From: an uncultured Verrucomicrobiae bacterium
GTDB lineage: Bacteria; Chlamydiota; Chlamydiia; Chlamydiales; Rhabdochlamydiaceae
NCBI GenBank assembly: GCA_963806855.1
Contig: CAWDYW010000001.1
Coordinates: 224,001-288,000 of the forward strand
DNA length: 64,000 bases
Reading direction: 5' to 3'
Part shown: positions 47,296 through 58,255 of the stretch, in pieces
Position numbering within the stretch: position 1 is the first letter of the stretch
Layout: the number at the start of each line of letters is the position of its first letter
The notes under the pieces: generated by a model
Databases searched by the model: none
What the model was told of the DNA's origin: nothing
What the model saw: only the letters and a program-made list of their open reading frames with translations
Program-made: the position numbers and the translations under genes

Positions 47296-50272
47296 CTAAA
47301 TCTAGCTTAGAGAGATCGATCATAGGAGACATTGGCTTTTGCTCCATTTTGATTTGATCTGTCTTCTTTTTTGCACGAGGAAGATCGATCGTCTGCGTAG
47401 GTGGCTGCTGCTCGGGCATTCTCATTTCAAATTTGAACAGAGCATGGGCAATTTCCACTTTGATCTCTTTGCTCAATTGATCGAACAGGGCAAACGCCTC
47501 GTGTTTGAATTCGAGAAGGGGATCTTTTTGACCAATCGATCGGACGTTCACTTCAACTCGCAAATGGTCGATGTGAAGCAGGTGCTCCTGCCATCTAGCA
47601 TCGATTGTGCGGATGAGTAGATTGCGGATCACTTCGCCGATAATCCCTTCTGCGTCGACTTCATTCTTCGAGTGAGGATTTAGCGTCCGATGCATTGCTT
47701 GAATCGCCTTTTTCTGGTGTTCAACTTTAAGTTTAAAGGCCTCTAGCACCTTATCAGAAGCGCGTTTTTCCACTTGTTCAGCGGCTAGACGGTCGTTTTC
47801 AAATTCCTTTGCCTCGAAGGTAATCGGGAAGTGGGTAGAGAGCTGCCGTCTGTACCCTTCAGGATCCCAGGTGTTGCGGCTAGTGAAGAACTCGCTCGAC
47901 ATATCCATACAGACATGTTCGAGGATCTCTTCGGCAATCGGCACTGTATTTTTCGTGTGGATCACTTCATTGCGGAAGGCATAGATCTCCTGCCGCTGCT
48001 TATTCATCACATCGTCATATTCCAGCGTATGCTTGCGCATCGATATAATTGCGCTGCTCGATGCGCTTCTGGGCTGTTTCAATGGACTTGTTGAGAATGT
48101 TAGCAGAGATCGGCTCTCCTTCAGGAGGACGGAAACGTTGTAGGAACGCTGTGATGCGGGGAGAGGTAAAAAGGCGCATGAGGGAATCTTCAAAGGAGAC
48201 GTAGAACTTAGAGGATCCCGGGATCGCCTTGGCGCGCGCAGCGGCCGCGGAGCTGTCTGTCGATGCGGCGCGACTGGTGGCGTGTCGTTCCGATGACATG
48301 CAGGCCGCCCACTTCGGCGACGCCCTTCTTCAAGCTTAATGTCCGTTCCCCGGCCGGCCATGTTGGTCGCGATGGTGATGGCGCCCTCTTTGTCCTGCAT
48401 CGGCGACGATCTCAGCTTCTTTTGCGTGGTTTTTCGCGTTGAGGACGGTATGTTCAAGTTTGTTTTGACTTGAAAATGCGCGACAGTTTTTCAGAAACTT
48501 CGACCGATTCTGTTCCGATGAGGATCGGCCGTCCCTTGTTCGTGCACTTTTCGCATCTCTTTCAAGATCGCATTATATTTTTCGCGCTCGGTCATGTAAA
48601 TTTCATCATTGGCATCGTCGCGGTGGCAGGAACGGTGGGTGGGGATCTCGAGCACTTCGAGTCTTGTAGATCTCTTTAAACTCGTTAGCTTCCGTCATCG
48701 CTGTTCCGGTCATCCCGGCCAGCTTTTCATACATGCGGAAGTAGTTTTGCAGAGTGATCGTCGCATAGGTTTGCGTTTCGCCCTGGATGGCGACTCCTTC
48801 TTTTGCTTCGATCGCCTGGTGGAGGCCATCGGAAAAGCGGCGGCCAGGCTGTGGGCGGCCGGTGTTTTCATCGATGATGACGATTTTGTCCATCCTGCGA
48901 CGATGTAATCGACATCTTTCTCCATCAAGCAGATGGGCGCGGAGCAGCTGGCGCAGGTTGTGCGCGCGCTCTTTGCGCTTGGCATCCTCCTCGCGGCAGT
49001 TCAGCTTTGCCTGCAGCTTGTCCTGCATCATCGAGCCCGGTGATCTGCGTCGATTTTGAGCATATTCATGGCCCAAATCGAGCATGACAAAGTCATCGGT
49101 CTGACCGATGCCGTCCTGTCATCTCGACCCATGCAGTGGATCCCTTTATCGGTCAGTTCAAATTCATTGGCCTTTTCATCGACGATGATATAGAGCTCGG
49201 CCAGACGCCTTGTGCCGCTCTTCTTTGTTGGGCTCGGCATAGAAATAGATATCCCATTTGTCGATGTCCGCGCGGAGATCGGGATTTTCTTTCGATCGTT
49301 TGAGAATCTTGTTGTTGCGGCGTTCCTTTGCTGACGAGCCAGAGCTTGCGGAAGCCGCTTCTTCTTCATACTCTCTCTCTTCCTCCTTCGACAGCTTGTC
49401 TCTTCACCGATTCTTCGAACTGACCGAACTTTCGAGGATCTTGCGTGCATCGGTAGCCAATCTATTGCACAGATCGCGCTGGTCTCGGACGAGATTGGCG
49501 ACAGCCTCTTTGAGTTCGTCATACATCTGCGTCGACTGACTGGAGACGGGCCCGAAATAATCAGCGGCGTGCGCGCCTCATCGATCAAGGATCGAGTCGA
49601 CTTCGTCGATGATGGCAAAGAAATAGCCTCGTTGACACTGCTCTTCAGTGCTTTGACGCCATCGAGTTGTCGCGCAGATAATCAAAGCCAAACTCTGAGG
49701 CTGTTCCATAAACGATATCGGCCTGATAGACTTCTTTGCGCATGTGGTGAGGGGATGCTCGTTGTCGAGCGCATCCACCGTGAGTCCCAGCCAGCGGAAA
49801 ATCGAGCCGATCCACTCGCAGTCGCGCTGGGCAAGATAGTCGTTGACAGTCACAAGATGAACGGGTTGTCCCGTCAGGGCGTTCAGATAGAGCGGCATCG
49901 CGGCGGTCAGCGTTTTCCCTTCGCCCGTCTGCATCTCGGCAATCGAGCCATAGTGCATGGCAATCGCCGCCCAAAATCTGCACATCGTAGGGGATCATGT
50001 CCCATTTTTGGTCATAGCCCGAGACATGGACATCGGTTCCCACATGCGGCGGCAGACGTTTTTGACGACCGCATAGGCTTCGACAGCAGGTCGTCGAGCG
50101 TTTCTCCCTTAGCCAGGCGATCTTTAAATTCTTGGGTTTTGGCCTTAACCTGTTCATTAGAAAGGGATTGGAGAGCCTCTTCGGCCACATTGATTTTGCG
50201 GACGAGCTTGCTATACTTCTTAATTAAGCGTCCCTGAGCCGTGCCAAAAATTTTTTTAAATATGCCGAACAT
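47288..50272 (-). CDS. secA: Preprotein translocase SecA (many frameshifts)
   Basis: Fragments in changing frames: [69 protein letters not shown]. Confidence 0.93.
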
Positions 50273-50360
50273 ATGTGATCCATAAGAGGTTAGGGTGAGT
50301 GTCTTCTCCATTATACTCGATCTTTGAGAAAAACGCAAAACAAGTGGTTAAGACTAAGGA

Positions 50361-50381
50361 AAACGCAAAGACGCAAAGACG
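50361..50381 (+). repeat. Half copy of the CGCAAAGA palindromic element
   Basis: aaacgcaaagacgcaaagacg matches the left arm at 36293-36309. Confidence 0.55.
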
Positions 50382-50464
50382 AGTAAATTCTATCTTACTG
50401 ATATTAAGTCAGATAAGAAATTGCCTTTTGCGGTAAAAAAAAACTTCATGGTAGGATTGATTGT

Positions 50465-51370
50465 ATGACCGATCTTTATGTTATCGACCGCGAATCAGGC
50501 AAAAAACTCGAAGAGAAAGTGCCCTATAAAAATGCGCTCCTTTTTCTCTACGGAAATCACCCATTTGCTTGGCTAGTGCGCCCTCTCATTTGTAAGCTTC
50601 CTTTTGTGTCGAAATTCTTTGGCAGTTTGCAGCGATGCCCCAGAAGCGCCAAACATATTGCCCCATTCATCGAAAAGTATGGCATCGATTCGGCTGAATT
50701 TCGGGATCCGGTCGACTCATTTAAGTGTTTTAATGACTTTTTCACTCGCAAACTGAAAGGATCGGCCCGCAATATTAACGATGGGAATGATATTGCGATT
50801 CTTCCGGCAGATGGCCGCTATCTCGCATTCCAAGACATCAATCACGAGCAAGGAATTTTTGTTAAAGGAAAGAAATTTTCGCTCGACAAATTGCTAGGCG
50901 ATAAAAAACTTGCCCACAAGTATGCTCAAGGCTCGATGGTCATCATTCGTCTTGCCCCTGTCGACTATCATCGGTTCCATTTTCCTTGCAATTGCATCCC
51001 TTCAAAAGCTGAGCTGATTAATGGTCCCCTCTATTCGGTCAATCCGATTGCCCTGCGCAAGAATATCGACATTTTAACTGAGAATAAGCGGATGATTACC
51101 CGGTTGAAAACAACCCATTTTGGAACGGTGCTGTTCATTGAGGTGGGAGCGACCTATGTCGGTTCGATCAATCAGACCTATGAGCCTGAAAAGCACTATG
51201 CCAAAGGGGATGAGAAGGGCTATTTTGCCTTCGGTGGATCGTCGATCATTCTCCTATTCGAGCCCTTCCGGATCCAACTCGACCAAGATCTGATCGCCAA
51301 TACCCACCATGGGTTCGAAACCTTGGGCAAATTAGGTCAAACGCTAGGAAAGGCCATTTCCCCCCTTTAG
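50465..51370 (+). CDS. psd: Phosphatidylserine decarboxylase
   Basis: FNDFFTRKLK, RLAPVDYHRFHFP, FGGSS cleavage motif. Confidence 0.93.
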   Translation: MTDLYVIDRESGKKLEEKVPYKNALLFLYGNHPFAWLVRPLICKLPFVSKFFGSLQRCPRSAKHIAPFIEKYGIDSAEFRDPVDSFKCFNDFFTRKLKGSARNINDGNDIAILPADGRYLAFQDINHEQGIFVKGKKFSLDKLLGDKKLAHKYAQGSMVIIRLAPVDYHRFHFPCNCIPSKAELINGPLYSVNPIALRKNIDILTENKRMITRLKTTHFGTVLFIEVGATYVGSINQTYEPEKHYAKGDEKGYFAFGGSSIILLFEPFRIQLDQDLIANTHHGFETLGKLGQTLGKAISPL

Positions 51371-51529
51371 TTATGCGGCGAAAATTGGTTCGATTATTTC
51401 TAACTCACTAAGAATCAAGGCGATATTCGCGCCGCTGATTTAAGGCGTGGATCAAATGGATCGATTTTATATAAGTTATTGATCCTTAAGCGACATGGTT
51501 GTAGCGTTGCCATTTCTGTCCTAAATCCC

Positions 51530-51580
51530 AAAAAGTCGTTCCTTTTTTGTGAAAAATTACACTTTTTTGAATGACTTTTT
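51530..51580. promoter_or_regulatory. Inverted repeat upstream of the AAA gene
   Basis: AAAAAGTCGTTC-27nt-GAATGACTTTTT (1 mismatch). Confidence 0.45.
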
Positions 51581-51605
51581 CTTCAATGCGAGCTAAACTG
51601 AGGTT

Positions 51606-52934
51606 ATGAAAAGAGATTTTTTTAAAAAATTGCTCAGATGGAAAGAGTCCGATTTGCGGAAACCTTTGGTTTTAAAAGGCGCCAGGCAGGTGGGAAAAAC
51701 GTATCTTTTAAAAGAGTTTACAAAAGAGTACGACGATCATGTCTATGTCAATTTTGACGAAGAGCCTCATTTCGCTAGTTTTTTTGCTGAAAATTTAAAT
51801 CCTGAGAGAATCATTAAGGAATTAGGAATCTACTTTAAGCAACCCATTCTTCCAGGAAAAACCTTAATCATCTTCGACGAGATTCAAGAGTGTCCCGAGG
51901 CATTAAACAGTTTAAAATATTTTTGTGAAAAAAAGAATGAATATCATGTTGCTACTGCAGGTTCGTTGTTGGGGGTTAAACTAAATAAGGGTTTCCCAGT
52001 AGGTAAAGTGAATTTTCTGGACCTGGCTCCTCTCAGTTTCTTTGAGTTTCTTGATGCCCTCGGTGAGAATTCTTTAAGAAACCTGATCGAAGAACTTGAA
52101 GAGCCGAAAAAAATTTCTGAAATTTTTCATGAAAAACTCCTTAAGCTTTTGAAATACTATTTTATTATTGGGGGGATGCCGGAGGCAGTGGCAACCTATC
52201 TCAAAAATGAGAATTTACAAGATGTAAGAGTCGTTCAGAAAGAGATTCTAGATGCGTATACATTGGATTTTGCTAAACATGCTCCTGAAGAAGAGGTGAT
52301 GAAAATTATGGCTGTTTGGGAATCGATTCCAAGGCAGCTTGCTAAAGAAAATAAGAAATTTATTTTTTCTGCAATTCGAGAAAGCGCAAGAGCAAAAAAT
52401 TATGAGACCGCAATCCAGTGGCTTAAAGATGCCGGACTTCTCCTTAAAGCGAATCTAATATCGACGCCAAAACTTCCCCTAGATGCATATGCCGACAAAA
52501 GAGCTTTTAAAGTTTACATGCTTGATGTCGGACTTCTGGGTGCAATGAGTAAACTGGATCCACGTGTGCTTTTAGAGGGGAATCAACTATTTCAGGAATT
52601 TAAGGGAGCGCTCACAGAAAATTATGTCGCAACACAGCTGCATGATCAACATTTTGATAATCTCTACTATTGGTCAAGTGAAGGAATTGCTGAGATCGAT
52701 TTTGTCGTTTCAACACAGCAACTTATTTTTCCTTTAGAAGTCGAAGCTGGCAATTCAAAACAAAAGAAAAGTCTGCTCGTCTATGAGCAAAAATTTTCTC
52801 AAGATGAAAACCCGCCCCCTGTCTTATCCAGAACTACCTTGCGCAATTTTGCTTATGAAGCGGCTATTATTAATTATCCCCTCTATGCGATAACCCTATT
52901 TCCTACTCTATACCGCAAGCGGGGCAGGGTATAA
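51606..52934 (+). CDS. AAA_14 ATPase + DUF4143 (PD-(D/E)xK-like) protein
   Basis: GARQVGKT, FDEIQ, TAGS, GGMPE, DVGLL, ENYV, EIDF. Confidence 0.9.
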   Translation: MKRDFFKKLLRWKESDLRKPLVLKGARQVGKTYLLKEFTKEYDDHVYVNFDEEPHFASFFAENLNPERIIKELGIYFKQPILPGKTLIIFDEIQECPEALNSLKYFCEKKNEYHVATAGSLLGVKLNKGFPVGKVNFLDLAPLSFFEFLDALGENSLRNLIEELEEPKKISEIFHEKLLKLLKYYFIIGGMPEAVATYLKNENLQDVRVVQKEILDAYTLDFAKHAPEEEVMKIMAVWESIPRQLAKENKKFIFSAIRESARAKNYETAIQWLKDAGLLLKANLISTPKLPLDAYADKRAFKVYMLDVGLLGAMSKLDPRVLLEGNQLFQEFKGALTENYVATQLHDQHFDNLYYWSSEGIAEIDFVVSTQQLIFPLEVEAGNSKQKKSLLVYEQKFSQDENPPPVLSRTTLRNFAYEAAIINYPLYAITLFPTLYRKRGRV

Positions 52935-52946
52935 ATTGAACGGTGA

Positions 52947-53585
52947 TTATACGTCTTTGCGTTCTCTTTCCTTCAACCCGCCACAGATCGGACATTCGTC
53001 CACATCATGTTTGACTGCCCGACAATAAGTGCGGGCGAAGTGGATGATTTGCAGATGGAGCTTGGACCACGATTTCTCTGGGAAGAGGGCTTTCAAGTCT
53101 TTCTCGGTTTGCACGACATTTTTCCCATTTGAAAGTCCCCATCTTTTCGCGCACCGATGAATATGGGTGTCAACTGGAATGGCCGGGGTATGGAACGCAT
53201 GCGCCATCACTACTGAAGCGCTTTTGTGTCCAATTCCAGGCAACTCTTCCAACTCTTCAAATGTTCTCGGAACTTTACCGTTGTACTTGTCGACCAGGAT
53301 TTTCGAGAGGTGCCAGATCGCTTTTGATTTGGCTTTGGAGAGACCGCAGGTGTGGATGATTTTCTCAATTTGGGGGATGGTTAACTTGATCATCGCTGCT
53401 GGGGTTTTGGCCTTGGCGAAGAGGGTGGGAGTGACGGCGTTGACTCGTGCATCGGTGCATTGGGCTGAGAGGAGGACGGCGATCAGGAGGGTGTAGGCAT
53501 CGGTGTGATCGAGGGGGACGCGGGGTCGAGGGAAATACTCGCTCAGGACTTTTTGGACGAACTTGGCTCTTTCTTTTTTGGTCAT
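52947..53585 (-). CDS. nth: Endonuclease III
   Basis: LLSAQCTD, LPGIGHKSA HhH, VDTH, C..C..C. Confidence 0.94.
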   Translation of the reverse strand: MTKKERAKFVQKVLSEYFPRPRVPLDHTDAYTLLIAVLLSAQCTDARVNAVTPTLFAKAKTPAAMIKLTIPQIEKIIHTCGLSKAKSKAIWHLSKILVDKYNGKVPRTFEELEELPGIGHKSASVVMAHAFHTPAIPVDTHIHRCAKRWGLSNGKNVVQTEKDLKALFPEKSWSKLHLQIIHFARTYCRAVKHDVDECPICGGLKERERKDV

Positions 53586-54913
53586 TTGCCCACACAGAAT
53601 TTAGAGAAGATCGCGCTGAGGATGTCTTCGGTGATATCCATGCCGATGATCGCACCGAGGTGCCTCAAGGTGTTGCGCATATCCGCTGCTAAAAATTCTG
53701 GTGAAATGTCTGTTTTTAGTCCATCGATTAATGTAGTTAAGGCTTTTGCCGCTTCGGAGAGCGATTCCTTGTGGCGGGCTTGGGTGAGGACGATCTCATC
53801 CTTGGGGGCGATGGTCCCTTTCCAGACGAGGTTCTCGATCGATTTTTTGAGCTCTTCAATCCCTGTTCCCAGTTTGGCGGAAATATGGACTTGGTGGGGA
53901 AAGGGGACGGTAGGGATGGTGTGAGGAAGATCGATTTTGTTCCAGATCAGGAGGGTTTTTTCTGGAGGACAGGTGCTGAGGAGGTCTGTAAGGGGATGCG
54001 AGGCGTCGATCATGAGGAGGATCAGGTCGGCATTTTGCATGGCGAGTTTGCTGCGGCGGATCCCCTCTTGTTCGACGATTTCGTCGGTTTCGCGGATGCC
54101 GGCGGTGTCGAGAAGGTGAAAGTGAAGTCCGGCGAGCCGCATTTCTGCTTCAAGGGTGTCGCGGGTGGTGCCGGGGATATGGGTGACGATGGCCCGCTCT
54201 TGTCCGAGGAGGGCATTCATCAGGGAAGATTTTCCAGCATTGGGTGAGCCGGCGAGACAAAGGGTGATCCCTTCTTGGATTTTCTTTCCTTCGTGGAAGG
54301 TCGCTTCGAGATGGTGCATTTTGCTAAGGGTGCTTTCGAGGGAGGCGATCACTTCCTCTTTGGTAGCAAACTCGAGTCCTTCTTCGGGGAAATCGACCCA
54401 AGCTTCGAGGATTGCGGCGATATCAAGTAGTTCGTGTTGCAGGTTTTGAATGTGGGTCGAAAGTTTGCCGGAGAGTTGCTGGCGAGCGGCTTTGAGGGAG
54501 AGTTCGTTTTTGGCTCCGATGAAGCTCTGGACCGCTTCTGCTTGGGCGAGATCGAGTTTGCCGTTCATGAAAGCCTGATGTGTGAATGCCCCGGGACCGG
54601 CCGCCTTAGCTCCTGCTTTCAACACGACCTCAAGGACTCTTTTGGAGATCAAGCTTCCGCCGTGGCACTGGATTTCGACGGTGTCTTCGCCGGTATATGA
54701 GCGGGGGGCGCGCATGACGATGATGAGTGCTTCATCGATTACTTCATCGCCATCGAGGATTTTTCCAAAGTGGCATGTGTGGCTTTTATAGGAGGCGACG
54801 GGGCCAGAGAAAATAGAGGCGGCAATGGGGATCGCTTCTTTCCCGGAGATCCGGATGACGGCGATGCCCCCTTCTCCTGGGGGCGTGGCGATGGCTGCGA
54901 TTGTCTGATTCAT
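53582..54913 (-). CDS. mnmE: tRNA modification GTPase MnmE/TrmE
   Basis: IATPPGEGG, GSPNAGKSS, GTTRD, DTAG, NKID, FCVGK. Confidence 0.97.
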   Translation of the reverse strand: MNQTIAAIATPPGEGGIAVIRISGKEAIPIAASIFSGPVASYKSHTCHFGKILDGDEVIDEALIIVMRAPRSYTGEDTVEIQCHGGSLISKRVLEVVLKAGAKAAGPGAFTHQAFMNGKLDLAQAEAVQSFIGAKNELSLKAARQQLSGKLSTHIQNLQHELLDIAAILEAWVDFPEEGLEFATKEEVIASLESTLSKMHHLEATFHEGKKIQEGITLCLAGSPNAGKSSLMNALLGQERAIVTHIPGTTRDTLEAEMRLAGLHFHLLDTAGIRETDEIVEQEGIRRSKLAMQNADLILLMIDASHPLTDLLSTCPPEKTLLIWNKIDLPHTIPTVPFPHQVHISAKLGTGIEELKKSIENLVWKGTIAPKDEIVLTQARHKESLSEAAKALTTLIDGLKTDISPEFLAADMRNTLRHLGAIIGMDITEDILSAIFSKFCVGK

Positions 54914-56043
54914 GAGGCAAATGTCTTAATTTTGATGCTTTCGGGATGCTTTAGTCGATGAGGGAGTTTCAGCATATCGCGTAGGATGATTTGCAACGCT
55001 GTATTCTCTTCCTTATCGAAGTGGCGGTGGTGTTCTGCATTGGTGCCGCCTCGATGGAGTTTGAGCACTTTAGTTGTTCCTACTGGATTTGATTTGACGG
55101 CTCGGTAGAGGGAAGCGGCTTTGGGGATCACCTCATCAGTGGGATTGTAGACGACCCATTTTTCCCCTTTCAGCTTATCCCAGGCGGCTTTTGGATTGAG
55201 ACTTAATCGGAAAACTTTCGCTGCAATGAGCCCAATAGTGCTCAATAGGCCTCGCCCCTTTAAGACGGTCTCTACTTCTTTGTGCAAGTCGCCGAAGGAA
55301 TTGATGTTCACTGCCTTAATCTGTTTGTCTGGATATTCTTCCTGCGCTAGAGCTATTCCACAGGTGGCATACCCGCCTCCCATTGAGAAACCAACTGTGA
55401 CGATATTGTTGGGGTCGATTTTGCGCTTTTCGGTCAGAAAATCGAAGGCAGCATAGGTGTCGAGCGCATATCCCTCTTCAGAGCGGTGACTTTTATTTTT
55501 TCCCACTCCGCGCGGGTTTACGACGACCAGCGAGGTGTTTAAATTCAAAAGCTCTTCAAGACGTGGAGTGCAATTTTCCCACTGACCAGAATTGCCTGGT
55601 GCGTAGATGATGGCTTTGTCCTGGATTTTCCCCGGATAGAAAGCGCCATCGAGTTGGACTTTATCGGGTGTTGTCAAAGTGAGGGGATGGCCATTAAATC
55701 GTCTTAATAACTCTTTCCCATCTTCTTCTCGATCGATTTTGAAACTGTCGGAATTGACGAGGAAGAGGCAGACCGCTTTGATCCAATCCCAGGTTGTCTT
55801 GAAGTGGATTAAGTGGAGGTCTTTATCGATATTCCCCGGAACAATAACTCGTAAAATTTTATTTTTCAGCCATTTCATCGCTAGCCGTGCGAGGCCAATT
55901 GGAAAAATGATGACCGAAATCAGGTCCCAAAAAAAGCGAGTCACTTTATGTGCCAGACTTTTAAGAGCTGGATTGTGCTTTTCGGGCCATTTAGCCTCAA
56001 AAAAAATAGGCGATGAATTTGTAACTTCCGTGGTCATACCCAC
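54910..56043 (-). CDS. Alpha/beta hydrolase-fold protein (chlamydial CPn0927/0928-like)
   Basis: GFSMGG nucleophile elbow, NPRGVG, DEVI, late His, N-terminal hydrophobic patch. Confidence 0.72.
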   Translation of the reverse strand: MGMTTEVTNSSPIFFEAKWPEKHNPALKSLAHKVTRFFWDLISVIIFPIGLARLAMKWLKNKILRVIVPGNIDKDLHLIHFKTTWDWIKAVCLFLVNSDSFKIDREEDGKELLRRFNGHPLTLTTPDKVQLDGAFYPGKIQDKAIIYAPGNSGQWENCTPRLEELLNLNTSLVVVNPRGVGKNKSHRSEEGYALDTYAAFDFLTEKRKIDPNNIVTVGFSMGGGYATCGIALAQEEYPDKQIKAVNINSFGDLHKEVETVLKGRGLLSTIGLIAAKVFRLSLNPKAAWDKLKGEKWVVYNPTDEVIPKAASLYRAVKSNPVGTTKVLKLHRGGTNAEHHRHFDKEENTALQIILRDMLKLPHRLKHPESIKIKTFAS

Positions 56044-56050
56044 AAATATT

Positions 56051-56647
56051 TTAACCTTTTTTCCCTTTTAGGGCGAGGGAAATGAGGTCGGGAAGCGAGG
56101 GCTCTTTGCCATCGGAAGGGAGGGCGTTTTTGACTGCTTTTTGGGCCTCTAACGGGTTATAACCCAAATTGATGAGGGCGCTGATCGCATCGGCGATGGA
56201 GCCGGTCGATTGGCTTTGTGGCAAAGAAATATTTTGTTTGTCAAATTTGTGGAATTTATCGCGCAGCTCCAAAACGAGCCGCTCGGCCATTTTTTTGCCG
56301 ATGCCAGGGATCTTGCAGATCGCTTTGGTGTTGGAGTGTTCGACGGCCAGGTGGAGATCCTCAATCGACATATGGCCCAAGATCGAGGTGGAGAGTCTGG
56401 GGCCGATCCCGGAGATTTCATTCAGGGTCTCAAAGAAATTGCGCTCTTCGATAGTCAAAAAGCCGTAGAGTTTCTGCGAGTCTTCCCGATAGATCGCCGA
56501 GGTGTAGATTTTGACTTTGCTTCCGATCTGAGGCAGTTTTTCAAAGGTCAGGATCGAAATGTAAATGCAGTAGCCGATGCCCCCGACGTCGACGGTGATT
56601 TTGTGAGGAGAAGCTTCAGCGAGAATTCCTGAGATATATTCAAACAT
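56051..56647 (-). CDS. ruvA: Holliday junction DNA-binding protein RuvA
   Basis: GGIGY, LYGF, ISGIGPR, IPGIGKKMAERL, ALINLGY. Confidence 0.95.
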   Translation of the reverse strand: MFEYISGILAEASPHKITVDVGGIGYCIYISILTFEKLPQIGSKVKIYTSAIYREDSQKLYGFLTIEERNFFETLNEISGIGPRLSTSILGHMSIEDLHLAVEHSNTKAICKIPGIGKKMAERLVLELRDKFHKFDKQNISLPQSQSTGSIADAISALINLGYNPLEAQKAVKNALPSDGKEPSLPDLISLALKGKKG

Positions 56648-57122
56648 AAGTTAAAGATAACGAATGGGCATGACAAAGTGCAAGAGCTAAGGCATCGGCG
56701 GCGTCTTCTGGGGTAGGGGGATCGGACAAATTAAGTAGAGTTTGGATCATCCGCTGCACCTGCTCTTTGCTGGCAGAGCCATGGCCGACAACTGCTTTTT
56801 TGGCTTTAGTGGGAGCATATTCGAAGATGGGGATGCCGGCCATCTCTGCGGCGAGGATGGCCATCCCGCGGGCCATGCCGAGTTTCAGGGCGCTGAGGGC
56901 ATTTTTGTGGACGAATTGCCCCTCGACGGACACTGCCTCGGGTTTAAATTGGTCGATTAGGGCTTTGATTCCCTCAAAGATGATTAAATATTTTTTTGAG
57001 CTTGTGGCGGAAAGGGGTGGGCGGATGCAGCCGAAGTCGAGCGCCTCTGTCCGATGGGGGTGATAGTCGATAATGCCATAGCCTGTGATGCGGGTGCCGG
57101 GGTCGATGCCTAAGATAATCAT
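56640..57122 (-). CDS. ruvC: Holliday junction resolvase RuvC
   Basis: ILGIDPGTRITGYG, EDAADALA. Confidence 0.95.
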   Translation of the reverse strand: MIILGIDPGTRITGYGIIDYHPHRTEALDFGCIRPPLSATSSKKYLIIFEGIKALIDQFKPEAVSVEGQFVHKNALSALKLGMARGMAILAAEMAGIPIFEYAPTKAKKAVVGHGSASKEQVQRMIQTLLNLSDPPTPEDAADALALALCHAHSLSLTYV

Positions 57123-57167
57123 AATTAGAGTGTACAAAATGGGAGATTTTTTGGTATTTTAGTCTTT

Positions 57168-58253
57168 TTGAAGGTAGCTCAATTTGTGAAATCGCTTCAA
57201 GGTGTAGAGTTTCGTAATATCATTGTCCGGATGCCCAATTGGATTGGGGATATGGTCATGGCTACTCCTGTCCTATCTGAATTGCGCAAAGCCTATCCAA
57301 ACGCCCGCATTACGGCGATGTGTCGCGCCCCCATCTGCGATTTACTCAAAGAGGATCCCGAGGTCGACGAGCTTTTTTGTTTCAGCAAAACGAGCAGTTT
57401 CTCTAGAAGGAGCGATAAGAAAAATATCGTCGAGAAGGTGCGTCACGGAAAATACGATTTGGGGGTCTTGCTCACCCACTCGCTCTCGTCGGCTTGGTGG
57501 TTTTGGCAGGGGAAGGTAAAAACGCGTCTCGGATACGATTGTAACGGCCGCCGCTTTCTATTAAATTGCCCGGTCCCTCTTCCTCCCAATATCGAGCAGC
57601 AGCATCTGGTTACTACTTATAAAAAACTCCTCGAGCCTCTCGGCATTCCTCTATCGAATACGCCTCCCCGCCTATTTCTCGCTGAAAAGGAGATTCATGA
57701 AGCGCGGGTCTTGTTGCAACAGCACGGGGTGACGAAAGATAGCACCATCATCGGCATCAATCCGGGAGCGACCTATGGATCGGCCAAGTGTTGGCTGCCA
57801 GAGCGGTTCCGCGCTGTTGCAGAAAAGCTGCTCCATAATCCCGATGTTTTTATTGTCTTTTTTGGGGATCAGCCTTCGATGCGCCTCGTCAAAGAGATCT
57901 GCACGGGACTTGGTCCTCGCGTGATCAACTTAGCAGGCCTCACCTCTCTGAGAGAAGTGGCGGCGCTGATCAGTTTATGCAGCGTGCTTCTCACGAATGA
58001 CAGCGGGCCGATGCATATCGCCGATGCGCTCGGGAAGAAGACCGTCGCCCTCTTTGGATCGACCAATGACACGGTCACCGGGCCCTACCGCAATGGGGTT
58101 GTGATCCACAAACATGTCAAGTGCTCCCCCTGCTACCTGCGCACCTGCCCGATCGATTTTCCGTGCATGAAAGAGATCGAGGTGGATGAGGTTTACCGAG
58201 CGATTTTGGAAAGGCTCGAACAAGGCAGCTCAAAACTGCATATCATAGCGTAA
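57168..58253 (+). CDS. waaF: LPS heptosyltransferase II-like (GT9)
   Basis: PNWIGDMVM, NPGATYGSAKCW, NDSGPMH. Confidence 0.85.
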   Translation: MKVAQFVKSLQGVEFRNIIVRMPNWIGDMVMATPVLSELRKAYPNARITAMCRAPICDLLKEDPEVDELFCFSKTSSFSRRSDKKNIVEKVRHGKYDLGVLLTHSLSSAWWFWQGKVKTRLGYDCNGRRFLLNCPVPLPPNIEQQHLVTTYKKLLEPLGIPLSNTPPRLFLAEKEIHEARVLLQQHGVTKDSTIIGINPGATYGSAKCWLPERFRAVAEKLLHNPDVFIVFFGDQPSMRLVKEICTGLGPRVINLAGLTSLREVAALISLCSVLLTNDSGPMHIADALGKKTVALFGSTNDTVTGPYRNGVVIHKHVKCSPCYLRTCPIDFPCMKEIEVDEVYRAILERLEQGSSKLHIIA

Positions 58254-58255
58254 TT

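Noticed and set aside
51371..51500. Intergenic stretch as tRNA, ncRNA or dif-like site
   Set aside because: No cloverleaf, no convincing stem, and no adequate match to a XerC/XerD consensus
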